38,703 nucleotides of DNA, from positions 1-38,703 of the forward strand of contig DATDUI010000037.1 in the NCBI GenBank assembly GCA_035290465.1, read 5' to 3'. A program made the position numbers and the translations under genes. Below, one piece after another: positions 1 to 7,805 of this stretch. The notes beneath the pieces are model-generated. The model worked only from the letters and a program-made list of their open reading frames with translations. It did no database searches and was not told the DNA's origin. Every line of letters begins with the position of its first letter. Within the stretch, counting starts at the first letter, position 1. This DNA is from Candidatus Nanoarchaeia archaeon (GTDB lineage: Archaea; Nanobdellota; Nanobdellia; Pacearchaeales; GW2011-AR1).

Positions 1-1
1 G

Positions 2-109
2 GTAGAAATAAAAAAAATAAACAAAAAAGAAAAGGCTCTTGTTTATGATGTTTCTGTAGAAGAAACAGAATCTTTTTTTGGAAATCATTATCCTATATTA
101 TTACATAAT
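2..109 (+). other. C-terminal end of an intein (blocks F/G) inserted in the primase gene; splice junction between 109 and 110
   Basis: Frame 2 translates as ...KALVYDVSVEETESFFGNHYPILLHN|S. The VYDxxVE...F pattern plus hydrophobic-hydrophobic-H-N followed by Ser (+1 nucleophile, codon 110..112) is the canonical intein C-terminal splicing signature. Confidence 0.75.
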
Positions 110-1369
110 TCAGGTTCAAAAGGGTGGCATATTTTAATCCCCTGGAAAGCATTTCCAAAAGAATTAGGCGAAGAACAAACTAAAGATTTATTCCCGGATT
201 TACCCCGAAAAATCGTAGGATATATTACAGACAAAGCAAGACCTGAATTAGAAAAAATGCTCCCCGAAGATTTTTATAAACAATTCAAAAATACTACACT
301 TAAACGAGGGATAAAATGTTCTATCTGTAATCAAATCGCCCAAAGTTTTAATCAAGTAGAATTATATTGTTCTTTTTGCGGGATTTCAGAAATTAAAAAA
401 TTAAATAATGATGCAAAACAAAAATGTGCTCATTGCAAAAGAGAATTAGAAATAAAGAATCAAAAAAATATCAGCGAATGTAATAATTGTAACACCACAA
501 ATGACTTATTGAACAGAACAAAAAAGCAAGGAAAATTTTCTGAATTTGTAGAAGAAGATTTATTAGAATTAATGGGATTAGATTTAGTTTTGGTTTCTCC
601 TAGGCATTTATTTAGGATGCCTTATTCATTGCATGAAAAAACTGCTTTGGCAAGTATTGTAATTGATCAAAACAAGATTAAAGATTTTGAAATGAAAGAT
701 GCTGACCCAATGAAAATTGAAATTAAAGATTTTAATCCGGATGTAAAAGAAGGCGAAGCAACAGAATTAGTAATACAAGCAATGGATTGGTTTCAGGAAA
801 ATAAAATTAGAAGAGGAGTAGTTGAAGAAAAAATTACCGGCAAATATGCAGATTATAAACCCCTCAAATTAGAAAATTTATCTGAAGATAACTTTCCTCC
901 GTGCGTTAAAAGAATCTTAAATGGAATTGTCGACGGTAGAAAAAGAGCATTATTCATTTTAATTCATTTATTTAGATCAATAGGAATGGATAAAGAAGAA
1001 ATTGAAAAAAAGATTTATGAATGGAATAAAAAAAATGAGCATCCTTTAAACGAAGGTTACATTAAATCTCAATTACAATGGGCTTATAGAAAAAAACCAA
1101 TAATGCCTCAAAACTGCAAAGAATTTTATCAGGGAATTGGCGTGTGCGTTCCGGATAATCTTTGTGACAAAATAAAAAATCCTGTTAATTATGTTGTTAA
1201 AAAAAATTACATGCAAAATAATTTTTCTAAAAATTCAGAAAAGAAAAAAGATGATAAACCAAAGAAAGAAGTTAAGAAAAGGGCTCCGATAGTGAAAAGT
1301 ATTAGGGAGAAGAAAGTTGGTGTTGGGAAAGTTGTGGAAGAAGTGGTTAAAAAAATAACATTATTATAG
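2..1369 (+). CDS. DNA primase, single-chain PriS catalytic domain fused to a PriL-type Fe-S C-terminal domain; 5'-partial, C-extein starts at 110
   Basis: Frame 2 is open from the window edge into the listed ORF 257..1369. The C-extein begins SGSKGWHILIPW (AEP primase motif II, SGxxGxH), followed by RMPYSLHEKT and four CxxC pairs (CSIC, CSFC, CAHC, CNNC). The C-terminus FPPCVKRIL..DGRKRALF..NCKEFY..GVCVPDNLC has 4 Cys arranged as in the PriL C-terminal Fe-S domain. Confidence 0.8.
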   Translation, partial: VEIKKINKKEKALVYDVSVEETESFFGNHYPILLHNSGSKGWHILIPWKAFPKELGEEQTKDLFPDLPRKIVGYITDKARPELEKMLPEDFYKQFKNTTLKRGIKCSICNQIAQSFNQVELYCSFCGISEIKKLNNDAKQKCAHCKRELEIKNQKNISECNNCNTTNDLLNRTKKQGKFSEFVEEDLLELMGLDLVLVSPRHLFRMPYSLHEKTALASIVIDQNKIKDFEMKDADPMKIEIKDFNPDVKEGEATELVIQAMDWFQENKIRRGVVEEKITGKYADYKPLKLENLSEDNFPPCVKRILNGIVDGRKRALFILIHLFRSIGMDKEEIEKKIYEWNKKNEHPLNEGYIKSQLQWAYRKKPIMPQNCKEFYQGIGVCVPDNLCDKIKNPVNYVVKKNYMQNNFSKNSEKKKDDKPKKEVKKRAPIVKSIREKKVGVGKVVEEVVKKITLL

Positions 1370-1402
1370 GATTATTTAGTTTGTAGAAAAAATATCTTTT
1401 TT

Positions 1403-2467
1403 TTAATTAAATTTTTTTTCACCCTTTCCATTTATTAAGACCTCTTCCGAAGTTATTTTTTGAATCTTATAATTTTTATCTAAAGTTAATTTTATCTCTG
1501 CAAGAGAAATTTCTGTATCATTAATAAATGCTTTATCGAATGCACCATATTCAGCATAAATCGCATACAAAGACTCGTGCTCTAAAGAAACATAAACGAA
1601 TAAAATAATATTTTCTCCTTCTAAATTTATATCTACAATTTGATAACCTTTAATTTCTTTGACATTATAGCTATTCCCTGAAGATATAATTTTTATATTG
1701 TTTAAATCAATAATATTTTGAATTTCATTCAATAATAATTTTTCTATATTTTCTAAAGATTGATTTATCATTTTTGTACCCTTTATTTCTTCTTCAAGTT
1801 TTCCTTTCAAATCTTTAATTTCTCCTAATATTAAAAGTTCTTTTTGAGTTATCTCTAAAAATTCTTGTTTGAAATCATTATTAAAATCAGAATCGTTAGT
1901 CAAAAAGAAATATTTATCATATTTATTTAAAGAAACAAATTCTAATATAGATTCCCAAATTAGAGCATCTTTAAATCCGGAATCCACTTGATTATTATTT
2001 TTTTTATAAAATGGTTTTTGTTTTTTAATGACTTTATCTATTAATTTTGGAAAAATCTTTTCTGAAGGGTTATTAATCTTTGTTATATTATATTTACGAA
2101 GATAATTTTCTTTCTTTACATCTAAATAAGGGATATATTCTATCTTAGGTAAATTTAATATAACCCCTTGAAGTTCTTTGAACTTTTTAAAATTTAAATT
2201 TATTTTTTCTAAATCTTTAATAAAACATTCATTCTGTTGTTGTTTCAATTCTTCTAATGCTATTTCAGGTATGGCAACTTGAATGATAATCTCTTTTGAA
2301 GGTTTAAAGTTAAAATTATTAACCAGATTTTCATGAAGATTTTTATTGATCTCTAAATATTTATAATTTTTACAAAATAAATTTCCCTTGGAATAATTCC
2401 CTAAATGATTTGTATCAATAATTACAAGTATATTTTTACTTTTAACATCCATTTTATTATTTAACAA
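1403..2467 (-). CDS. PIN-like nuclease domain protein (PIN_12/DUF4935-like) with an unassigned C-terminal extension of about 150 aa
   Basis: The PIN acidic motifs occur in order: ILVIIDTNHL, IPEIALEEL, FKDALIWESI, FFLTNDSDF. The C-terminal half is coiled-coil plus beta-rich and has no motif I recognise. Confidence 0.6.
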   Translation of the reverse strand: MLNNKMDVKSKNILVIIDTNHLGNYSKGNLFCKNYKYLEINKNLHENLVNNFNFKPSKEIIIQVAIPEIALEELKQQQNECFIKDLEKINLNFKKFKELQGVILNLPKIEYIPYLDVKKENYLRKYNITKINNPSEKIFPKLIDKVIKKQKPFYKKNNNQVDSGFKDALIWESILEFVSLNKYDKYFFLTNDSDFNNDFKQEFLEITQKELLILGEIKDLKGKLEEEIKGTKMINQSLENIEKLLLNEIQNIIDLNNIKIISSGNSYNVKEIKGYQIVDINLEGENIILFVYVSLEHESLYAIYAEYGAFDKAFINDTEISLAEIKLTLDKNYKIQKITSEEVLINGKGEKKFN

Positions 2468-2535
2468 ATTTTTTTATCTTTTAATCTTTATTATTCTTTT
2501 AGGATAATAGTCAATAACTCCCTTGAAAAGTCAAT

Positions 2536-3876
2536 TTATCTTCGTCCAATAAAAGATTTATATCCCTTAATCAACTGACCCAAGTCGCCAATATGTGCAG
2601 TCGGATGTTTTCCATGCATATTCCCAACAGGAACACCAACATCAATAACCTGAATACCTTTTTGAGCAAAATATTTAGCAATAGTCCCCCCGCCACCTTT
2701 TTGAAGTTTTGAAGGTAATTCACTCATCTGATACATAACATTATTCTCCTCAAACAAATCCATTAAATAAGAAGTAATTTGATTTGATGCCTGATTCCCC
2801 CCAGATTGTTTTTCTCCGCCATTTGATTTAACAATAGCAATACCACGATTAAATCTCGTAGCAATCGTCGGATCTTGATATTGAGAATCATAACTCGTCA
2901 AAGCAATATCAACATCTGAAGAAATCATCAAAGAATTATTATAAATCCTATTCATCAAACCCAAAGAAATATCTCTCTCAGGAACAAATTCTTTACTAAG
3001 TAAATTATAAATTGCAGAATCTAAAAAAGTTGATTGTGCACCACTTAAACCAGTACTCCCAATTTCCTCCCTATCACAGCCATAAACAATTAAAGGAAAT
3101 TCCAATTCTTTTGAATCCAAAGCCGCCTTAACACTCGCAAAAACACAAATTCTATCATCATGACCATAACCATCAATTAAACCATCACCCAAAATTCTCA
3201 CTTTATCTGCCGGAACAATATACCAACTACCCCGATAAAAATCCTTTTCATCCAATCCTTTTCTTTCCAAGACTTTCAAAAAAGATTCTTTTTTACTAAA
3301 ACCAGTAATAAATTTAAACATCTCATGAGGAAATGCTTTTTTTAAAGGTAATTCATTCACTTCTTTAGAAATATGAATCCCCCTGTCAGAAAGTAAACCT
3401 TCTAAATTAAAAGTAATTTCTCCTTGTTTTTTTGTAATATGACCAATTAATTTAGCAGTATAATCAACATGCTGATGTTCCCAAATTCCCCCATAAGGTT
3501 TAGTTTTTAAGATAACTCCTTCAGTACCTTCTTCAATAGGATTTCCCCTTAAATTTAAACAAGGAGCATCAGTATGTGCCCCCAAAATAGAAACCCCATA
3601 ATCATAGCATCTTTGTTTACCCTTTAAAACAATAGCAAATTGTTTCTTATCCGCATCAGTCATATAAAACCCTCTTTTATTATCAATAAACTTCTGTTGT
3701 CCGGTAAATTCTTCTAAACCCTCTTTTTTAACCATATCAATAACTCGCCTAACCGTTAATTCAGGAGTTTTACAATAATCAAGAAATTGAACATATTCAG
3801 GGACAGTTTTTTTCCTTAATTTTACAGATTCATGTACATCCAAATTTTCTAAAGCAGATAATTTAGGGTCAATCAT
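2536..3876 (-). CDS. M18-family aminopeptidase (aspartyl-aminopeptidase-like)
   Basis: The metal-ligand motifs are typical of M18: GAHTDAPCLNLR, GHDDRICVF, DREEIGSTGLSGAQS, SSDVDIAL, NMHGKHPTAH. Confidence 0.85.
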   Translation of the reverse strand: MIDPKLSALENLDVHESVKLRKKTVPEYVQFLDYCKTPELTVRRVIDMVKKEGLEEFTGQQKFIDNKRGFYMTDADKKQFAIVLKGKQRCYDYGVSILGAHTDAPCLNLRGNPIEEGTEGVILKTKPYGGIWEHQHVDYTAKLIGHITKKQGEITFNLEGLLSDRGIHISKEVNELPLKKAFPHEMFKFITGFSKKESFLKVLERKGLDEKDFYRGSWYIVPADKVRILGDGLIDGYGHDDRICVFASVKAALDSKELEFPLIVYGCDREEIGSTGLSGAQSTFLDSAIYNLLSKEFVPERDISLGLMNRIYNNSLMISSDVDIALTSYDSQYQDPTIATRFNRGIAIVKSNGGEKQSGGNQASNQITSYLMDLFEENNVMYQMSELPSKLQKGGGGTIAKYFAQKGIQVIDVGVPVGNMHGKHPTAHIGDLGQLIKGYKSFIGRR

Positions 3877-3929
3877 AAAAAAAATACCACAATTAATCTT
3901 TATAATAATTTATATCTAAATAACAATAA

Positions 3930-3937
3930 TTTTAAAA
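3930..3937 (+). promoter_or_regulatory. TATA-like box TTTTAAAA for the 3960 gene (leaderless geometry)
   Basis: The box centre lies about 26 nt upstream of ATG 3960, the same spacing seen at other first genes in this window. Confidence 0.4.
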
Positions 3938-3959
3938 ACAATATTCTATTATTTCTTTT

Positions 3960-5858
3960 ATGAAAAATAAGGTGATAATGTTATTCTGGGTTTTTGTAAT
4001 ATTATCAATGCTAATTTCTCCATTAATTTTAAGTGCAGAAAACGCAACTGCAGATATAACAGTTGATACAAGTAATGATATGGAATCAAAAGTTGAAAAA
4101 GCATACACATGTTTAACAAATAGTATTGACGAAAAAACTTGTACAAGTCTTTCTTTTGAAGAAAAAGTATTTTCTTTACTTGCAGTAGATAAATGTGAAT
4201 CACAGATTTTAAGCGAAGCAAAAAATGGAGAATGTTGGCCAAGTTCAGGATGTAAATTAAAATCAACAGCTCAGGCAATTTTAGCTTTAAGTAATACTGA
4301 AAGTGAAACCACAAAAGCTGAAAGTTGGTTAATTGCACAAAATATGACAGCAACAGACCTTGATTGGTTCTTAGAAATTGAAAGCCCGGAAGCAACAAGT
4401 TGTAAAATTACATACTCAGGTGCAACATACACAATTCTTATCGGAGAAGATAAAAAAATTAATACTGGAGCAGGAACTTGCTTAAGTTTATCAGAAGGAA
4501 GATGGTGGTTAAAAATTTCATCAACCTGTTTCAATCAGGATATTGACGTAAGTTGTGATAAACAATTCTTAACAACATTATTATACAAGAAAAAAACATC
4601 ATCAACAATTTATGTATCTGAAAAAGCAACTTCAGGATCAGCAGAAGGAACAACAACTGAAAGAGTGAGTTCTTACTGTTTTAAACAAGGAAGTGCTTGT
4701 GACTATGAAGGAAGTTTATGGGCAACATTAATATTAAATCACTTAAATTATGATATCACACCATACTTACCTTACTTAATAACAATGGAAGAAGACAATC
4801 AAAAATATCTTCCGCAAGTTTTCTTATATTTAGTTACAAGTCATTCTGATTATCGAAATGAATTATTATTAAAACAAAAAGATAAATATTGGGAAGAATC
4901 AGGAGATAAATTCTTTGACACTGCTTTAGCTTTATACGCATTTCAATATGAAGAGCCAATAGAAAAAACAGAATCAATTAACTGGCTTTTAGAAGTCCAA
5001 GGTAAAGACGGGTGTTGGCAAAGTAATATAAGAAATACTGCATTTATTTTATATTCAGTTTGGCCAAAAAGTTTTTACACACCAGTTGATGACGAACCAG
5101 ATACAAGTATTGATTGCACAGATGCAGGATATTTCTGTATGTCGCAAATGAATTGTAAAGGAAGTATTTTAGATGCTTATAGTTGTTCAGGGGTATCTAA
5201 ATGCTGTGATAAAGAATTTACTTTAGACCTTTGTGCAGATCAAGGCGGAGAAATTTGTAATTCAAATCAGGAATGTTTAGCCGGTTCTATTGTTGATTCA
5301 TCAGACACAAATTATGGTGAAGTCTGCTGTGTAAGTGGAAGATGTGATGTTCCAACTGAACCAGTAGAATCTGATTGTGTAGTATATGGTGGAATTTGCA
5401 GACCTAATGGTTGTGATGATGGTGAAGAATCAACAAGTGATGATTGTAGTTTTTCAACTGATTCATGTTGTGTAAAACCCACTGTAACAGAAGAGAAAAA
5501 AAGTTATTTATGGATTTGGATTTTATTGATATTAATTTTACTTGTAATTTTAGCTCTAATTTTCAAAGATAAATTAAGACCTTATTGGTATCAATTAAAA
5601 TCTAAATTTTCAAAGACTAAACCAGAAGAACCTAAACAAGGATTACCAAGGATGATGCCTCCTTCAAGAATGCCTTTTAGAGCTCCTCCAAGAAGAATGT
5701 TACCTCCTCCACAAAGTAGACCTCCAGTGAGTGGACAAAGACCACAAATAGCTAATGGGCAAAGACCTCCTTTAAAAAGAATGCCTCCTGCACCACAAAA
5801 CAAACCTTCTGGAGAAGTTGACGAAGTTCTAAAGAAATTAAAAGAAATGGGTAAATAA
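3960..5858 (+). CDS. Type-I anchored surface protein: signal peptide, alpha-alpha-toroid (prenyltransferase/terpenoid-cyclase-like) repeats, three Cys-rich modules, TM helix, proline-rich cytoplasmic tail
   Basis: The N-terminus MKNKVIMLFWVFVILSMLISPLILSA is a signal peptide. Repeats such as CWPSSGCKLKSTAQAILAL, DKFFDTALALYAF and GKDGCWQSNIRNTAFILYSVW follow. The Cys-rich block is at 5115..5471, the TM helix YLWIWILLILILLVILALIF starts at 5505, and the RMxPP-type tail is at 5619..5807. Confidence 0.75.
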   Translation: MKNKVIMLFWVFVILSMLISPLILSAENATADITVDTSNDMESKVEKAYTCLTNSIDEKTCTSLSFEEKVFSLLAVDKCESQILSEAKNGECWPSSGCKLKSTAQAILALSNTESETTKAESWLIAQNMTATDLDWFLEIESPEATSCKITYSGATYTILIGEDKKINTGAGTCLSLSEGRWWLKISSTCFNQDIDVSCDKQFLTTLLYKKKTSSTIYVSEKATSGSAEGTTTERVSSYCFKQGSACDYEGSLWATLILNHLNYDITPYLPYLITMEEDNQKYLPQVFLYLVTSHSDYRNELLLKQKDKYWEESGDKFFDTALALYAFQYEEPIEKTESINWLLEVQGKDGCWQSNIRNTAFILYSVWPKSFYTPVDDEPDTSIDCTDAGYFCMSQMNCKGSILDAYSCSGVSKCCDKEFTLDLCADQGGEICNSNQECLAGSIVDSSDTNYGEVCCVSGRCDVPTEPVESDCVVYGGICRPNGCDDGEESTSDDCSFSTDSCCVKPTVTEEKKSYLWIWILLILILLVILALIFKDKLRPYWYQLKSKFSKTKPEEPKQGLPRMMPPSRMPFRAPPRRMLPPPQSRPPVSGQRPQIANGQRPPLKRMPPAPQNKPSGEVDEVLKKLKEMGK

Positions 5859-5864
5859 GTTATT

Positions 5865-6353
5865 ATGATTTCAAATAAGTCTAATTTAGGGTTACTAAAA
5901 TTATTCACTAATATTGATATGGATATCTTGCTTGAAAATAATGATAATCCTTTTGGATCTTTAGACTTCCATTTAATCGATGAACCTCAAAATCCCTTTA
6001 AATCTGCATTTCTTTTAAATTGTGGAAATCTTTTAGATTCATCAGATTCTATTAATTATAAATATCCTTTTATAATAAAACCGAGATATTTATCCATTGA
6101 TGTTTCAGGTAAATACTTAAACCCTGTTCTTGATGAAATGATTCCATCATGGAATCAATCGAAGTATAATATAATTTTAGCTTCAATTTCACAATTACCA
6201 AGTCATTTCGTTTTATTTGAACTTTATAATGGATTTGATGAACAAAAGCAAGGTCTAACAAGAGGAAGATACTTTAAAAATAATCCAAATTTAATTAATA
6301 ATTGGGATGAAGTTCAGGATTATTGCAAAAAAAATAAAATAAAGATTTATTAG
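5865..6353 (+). CDS. Hypothetical protein; its last 38 codons plus stop lie in the left copy of the 118-bp direct repeat
   Basis: A 162-aa ORF starts 7 nt after the stop of the upstream gene. I recognise no motif in it. Confidence 0.6.
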   Translation: MISNKSNLGLLKLFTNIDMDILLENNDNPFGSLDFHLIDEPQNPFKSAFLLNCGNLLDSSDSINYKYPFIIKPRYLSIDVSGKYLNPVLDEMIPSWNQSKYNIILASISQLPSHFVLFELYNGFDEQKQGLTRGRYFKNNPNLINNWDEVQDYCKKNKIKIY

Positions 6354-6354
6354 T
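6237..6354 (+). repeat. 118-bp perfect direct repeat, left copy (3' end of ORF 5865..6353)
   Basis: A base-by-base comparison with 7806..7923 shows 118/118 identity at a constant offset of 1569. The flanking bases differ on both sides. Confidence 0.95.
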
Positions 6355-6472
6355 AATAATATTGCTAGAATTAAAAGAAATAATTCTTAAAAATTAATTG
6401 GGATAGTTTTTTCTAAATCTAAAAAGATATTGAGATACACTTCAAAATCAGTAAGTTTAAAATATCTAAACA

Positions 6473-6480
6473 TTTATAAA
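6473..6480 (+). promoter_or_regulatory. TATA box TTTATAAA for the cassette operon
   Basis: This is a consensus archaeal TATA box centred 25-26 nt upstream of ATG 6502. Confidence 0.55.
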
Positions 6481-6484
6481 TAAA

Positions 6485-6504
6485 CATACATATTTGTATG
6501 TATG
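6485..6504. promoter_or_regulatory. Inverted repeat CATACATA-n4-TATGTATG between the TATA box and the start codon, overlapping the start codon (operator-like)
   Basis: The 8-bp arms at 6485..6492 and 6497..6504 are perfectly complementary. The element sits at the predicted transcription start. Confidence 0.45.
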
Positions 6505-7107
6505 AAACATACAGAAAATAAATATAAAAATATACTAGAAAGTGGAGAAAAACAGCTGGAAATATTATTAAATCTGCTAGCAGATACAAATCAACAAATA
6601 GATATTTATGCAGTTGGGGGAACTGCAATGGTTTTGGCAGGTCATAAATCATCCACAAGAGATATAGATTTCTTCACTACCAATTCTTATCAGGAAATAA
6701 AGAATTTATTTGAAAAAATAGCTCTTAAAGAAATAGATTCGACAAAAGCATGTAATAAATGGAAATTTATGGATACTCGGTTAGACATCTTTTATTCTGA
6801 TAATGAGCAAATTTTAGGATTTCCTTTGCATGAAAAATGGAAAGAAAATTCAACGCATCTTAGAAAAATAAGAAAAGTAAACTTGTATATCTTAAATTGG
6901 ACAGATATAATTGCGACAAAACTTGCAAGAGGGGAAGAAAGAGATTTTGAAGACATAATAATTATTATTGAAAAAGAGAATCTTAATTTTGAAGAATTTA
7001 AAAAACATTTTTTAGAACAATCAGAAATTCATGCAGGTAGTTTTCAAAAAGGAAAAGATAATTTAAAATATTTGGAAAAGGAGCTAAAGAGAAATGGCAG
7101 ACTATAA
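6502..7107 (+). CDS. Minimal nucleotidyltransferase-fold protein (DUF6036 / AbiEii-like class)
   Basis: It carries IYAVGGTAMVLAGHKSSTRDIDFF (G[GS]-x9-13-DxD NTase signature). The C-terminal helix IATKLARGEERDFEDIIII is typical of this class. Confidence 0.65.
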   Translation: MKHTENKYKNILESGEKQLEILLNLLADTNQQIDIYAVGGTAMVLAGHKSSTRDIDFFTTNSYQEIKNLFEKIALKEIDSTKACNKWKFMDTRLDIFYSDNEQILGFPLHEKWKENSTHLRKIRKVNLYILNWTDIIATKLARGEERDFEDIIIIIEKENLNFEEFKKHFLEQSEIHAGSFQKGKDNLKYLEKELKRNGRL

Positions 7108-7705
7108 ATTAATTGAAGATTTAAAGAAAGAGGGTTTTATTCTTAGTTATCCTGAAATATCATCAAATGATGAAAAAATAATCTCGATATTAAAAGAGAA
7201 TGATTCCAGATTAAATTTAGCGATTCCCCTACTTCTAGATAAGCCTTTTTCATATAAAAAGATAATAGATGAAATTCCCAAAAGAAATATTTTTATTTTT
7301 AATAAAATTATCTTAATATCTTATGAAATTTTTAAAAAAGAAAAAATAGATTCATCTTTTTTGGAAAAAATAATTAAGAACTTTAAAATAAAAAATAATC
7401 TTAAGAGAAATGAATTGGAATATTTTTACGAAGAATTTAAACTTTCAAAAGAACTCAAAAAGAAGAAAACCTTTAACAAAAGAGAGTTTGAAAGTAGAGA
7501 AAATTTAAATATATTAATTAATTTAGAAAAAATATTCTCGCCTGCAAAAATAAGAATACTAAAGAATATATATGAACATAAAAAATTAACTCCTACGGAA
7601 GAAAGATATTATTATCGTTCTATTAAGCCTTTCATTGATGCAATATTGAATAATTCTGTTAGAAATTTTTTAGAAATAGTTCTAAAGAATAAAAGTCAAA
7701 GATAA
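7094..7705 (+). CDS. Hypothetical protein, translationally coupled partner of the NTase (14-nt overlap); possible C-terminal HTH
   Basis: The ORF overlaps the end of the NTase gene. It is Lys/Glu-rich and helical. The C-terminal segment KKLTPTEERYYYRSIKPFIDAI looks HTH-like, but this is tentative. Confidence 0.55.
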   Translation: MADYKLIEDLKKEGFILSYPEISSNDEKIISILKENDSRLNLAIPLLLDKPFSYKKIIDEIPKRNIFIFNKIILISYEIFKKEKIDSSFLEKIIKNFKIKNNLKRNELEYFYEEFKLSKELKKKKTFNKREFESRENLNILINLEKIFSPAKIRILKNIYEHKKLTPTEERYYYRSIKPFIDAILNNSVRNFLEIVLKNKSQR

Positions 7706-7805
7706 TAGATGCCAGTTCATTATAAACGATTTTTTGGTTTCACCTTCATGAATACAGCGAAAAGGAGGTTAGAAAAATATATAAGAAAATTACAACAGAT
7801 AAGAG

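Larger units (their letters stand above)
6355..7805 (+). mobile_element. Inserted two-gene cassette of about 1.45 kb (NTase plus partner) bounded by the 118-bp direct repeat; no recombinase gene
   Basis: The cassette is bracketed by identical repeats. It has its own consensus TATA box and an operator-like palindrome. The right repeat copy is an orphan gene tail preceded by an in-frame TAA. Confidence 0.5.

Noticed and set aside
3958-4534. Minus-strand ORFs 3958..4398 and 4271..4534 from the ORF track
   Set aside because: Both lie entirely antisense to the well-supported surface-protein gene 3960..5858. Their translations are low-complexity and Leu/Phe/Tyr/Ile-rich, as expected for shadow frames in AT-rich DNA. 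Neither has a promoter or SD.
5591-5908. Minus-strand 105-aa Gly-rich ORF
   Set aside because: It is the antisense shadow of the proline-rich tail, where CCN codons read as NGG/GGN on the other strand. It also overlaps two plus-strand genes.
6367-6387. AT-only inverted repeat AGAATTA-n7-TAATTCT just after the left repeat copy, as a possible recombination site or terminator
   Set aside because: Seven-bp A/T-only inverted repeats are expected by chance at this base composition. No matching element occurs at the other cassette end.
6419-6658. Minus-strand 79-aa ORF overlapping the cassette promoter and the NTase start; also 6070..6261 (-) and 8025..8270 (+)
   Set aside because: These are hydrophobic AT-rich shadow translations lying antisense to ORFs that have recognisable motifs or promoters.
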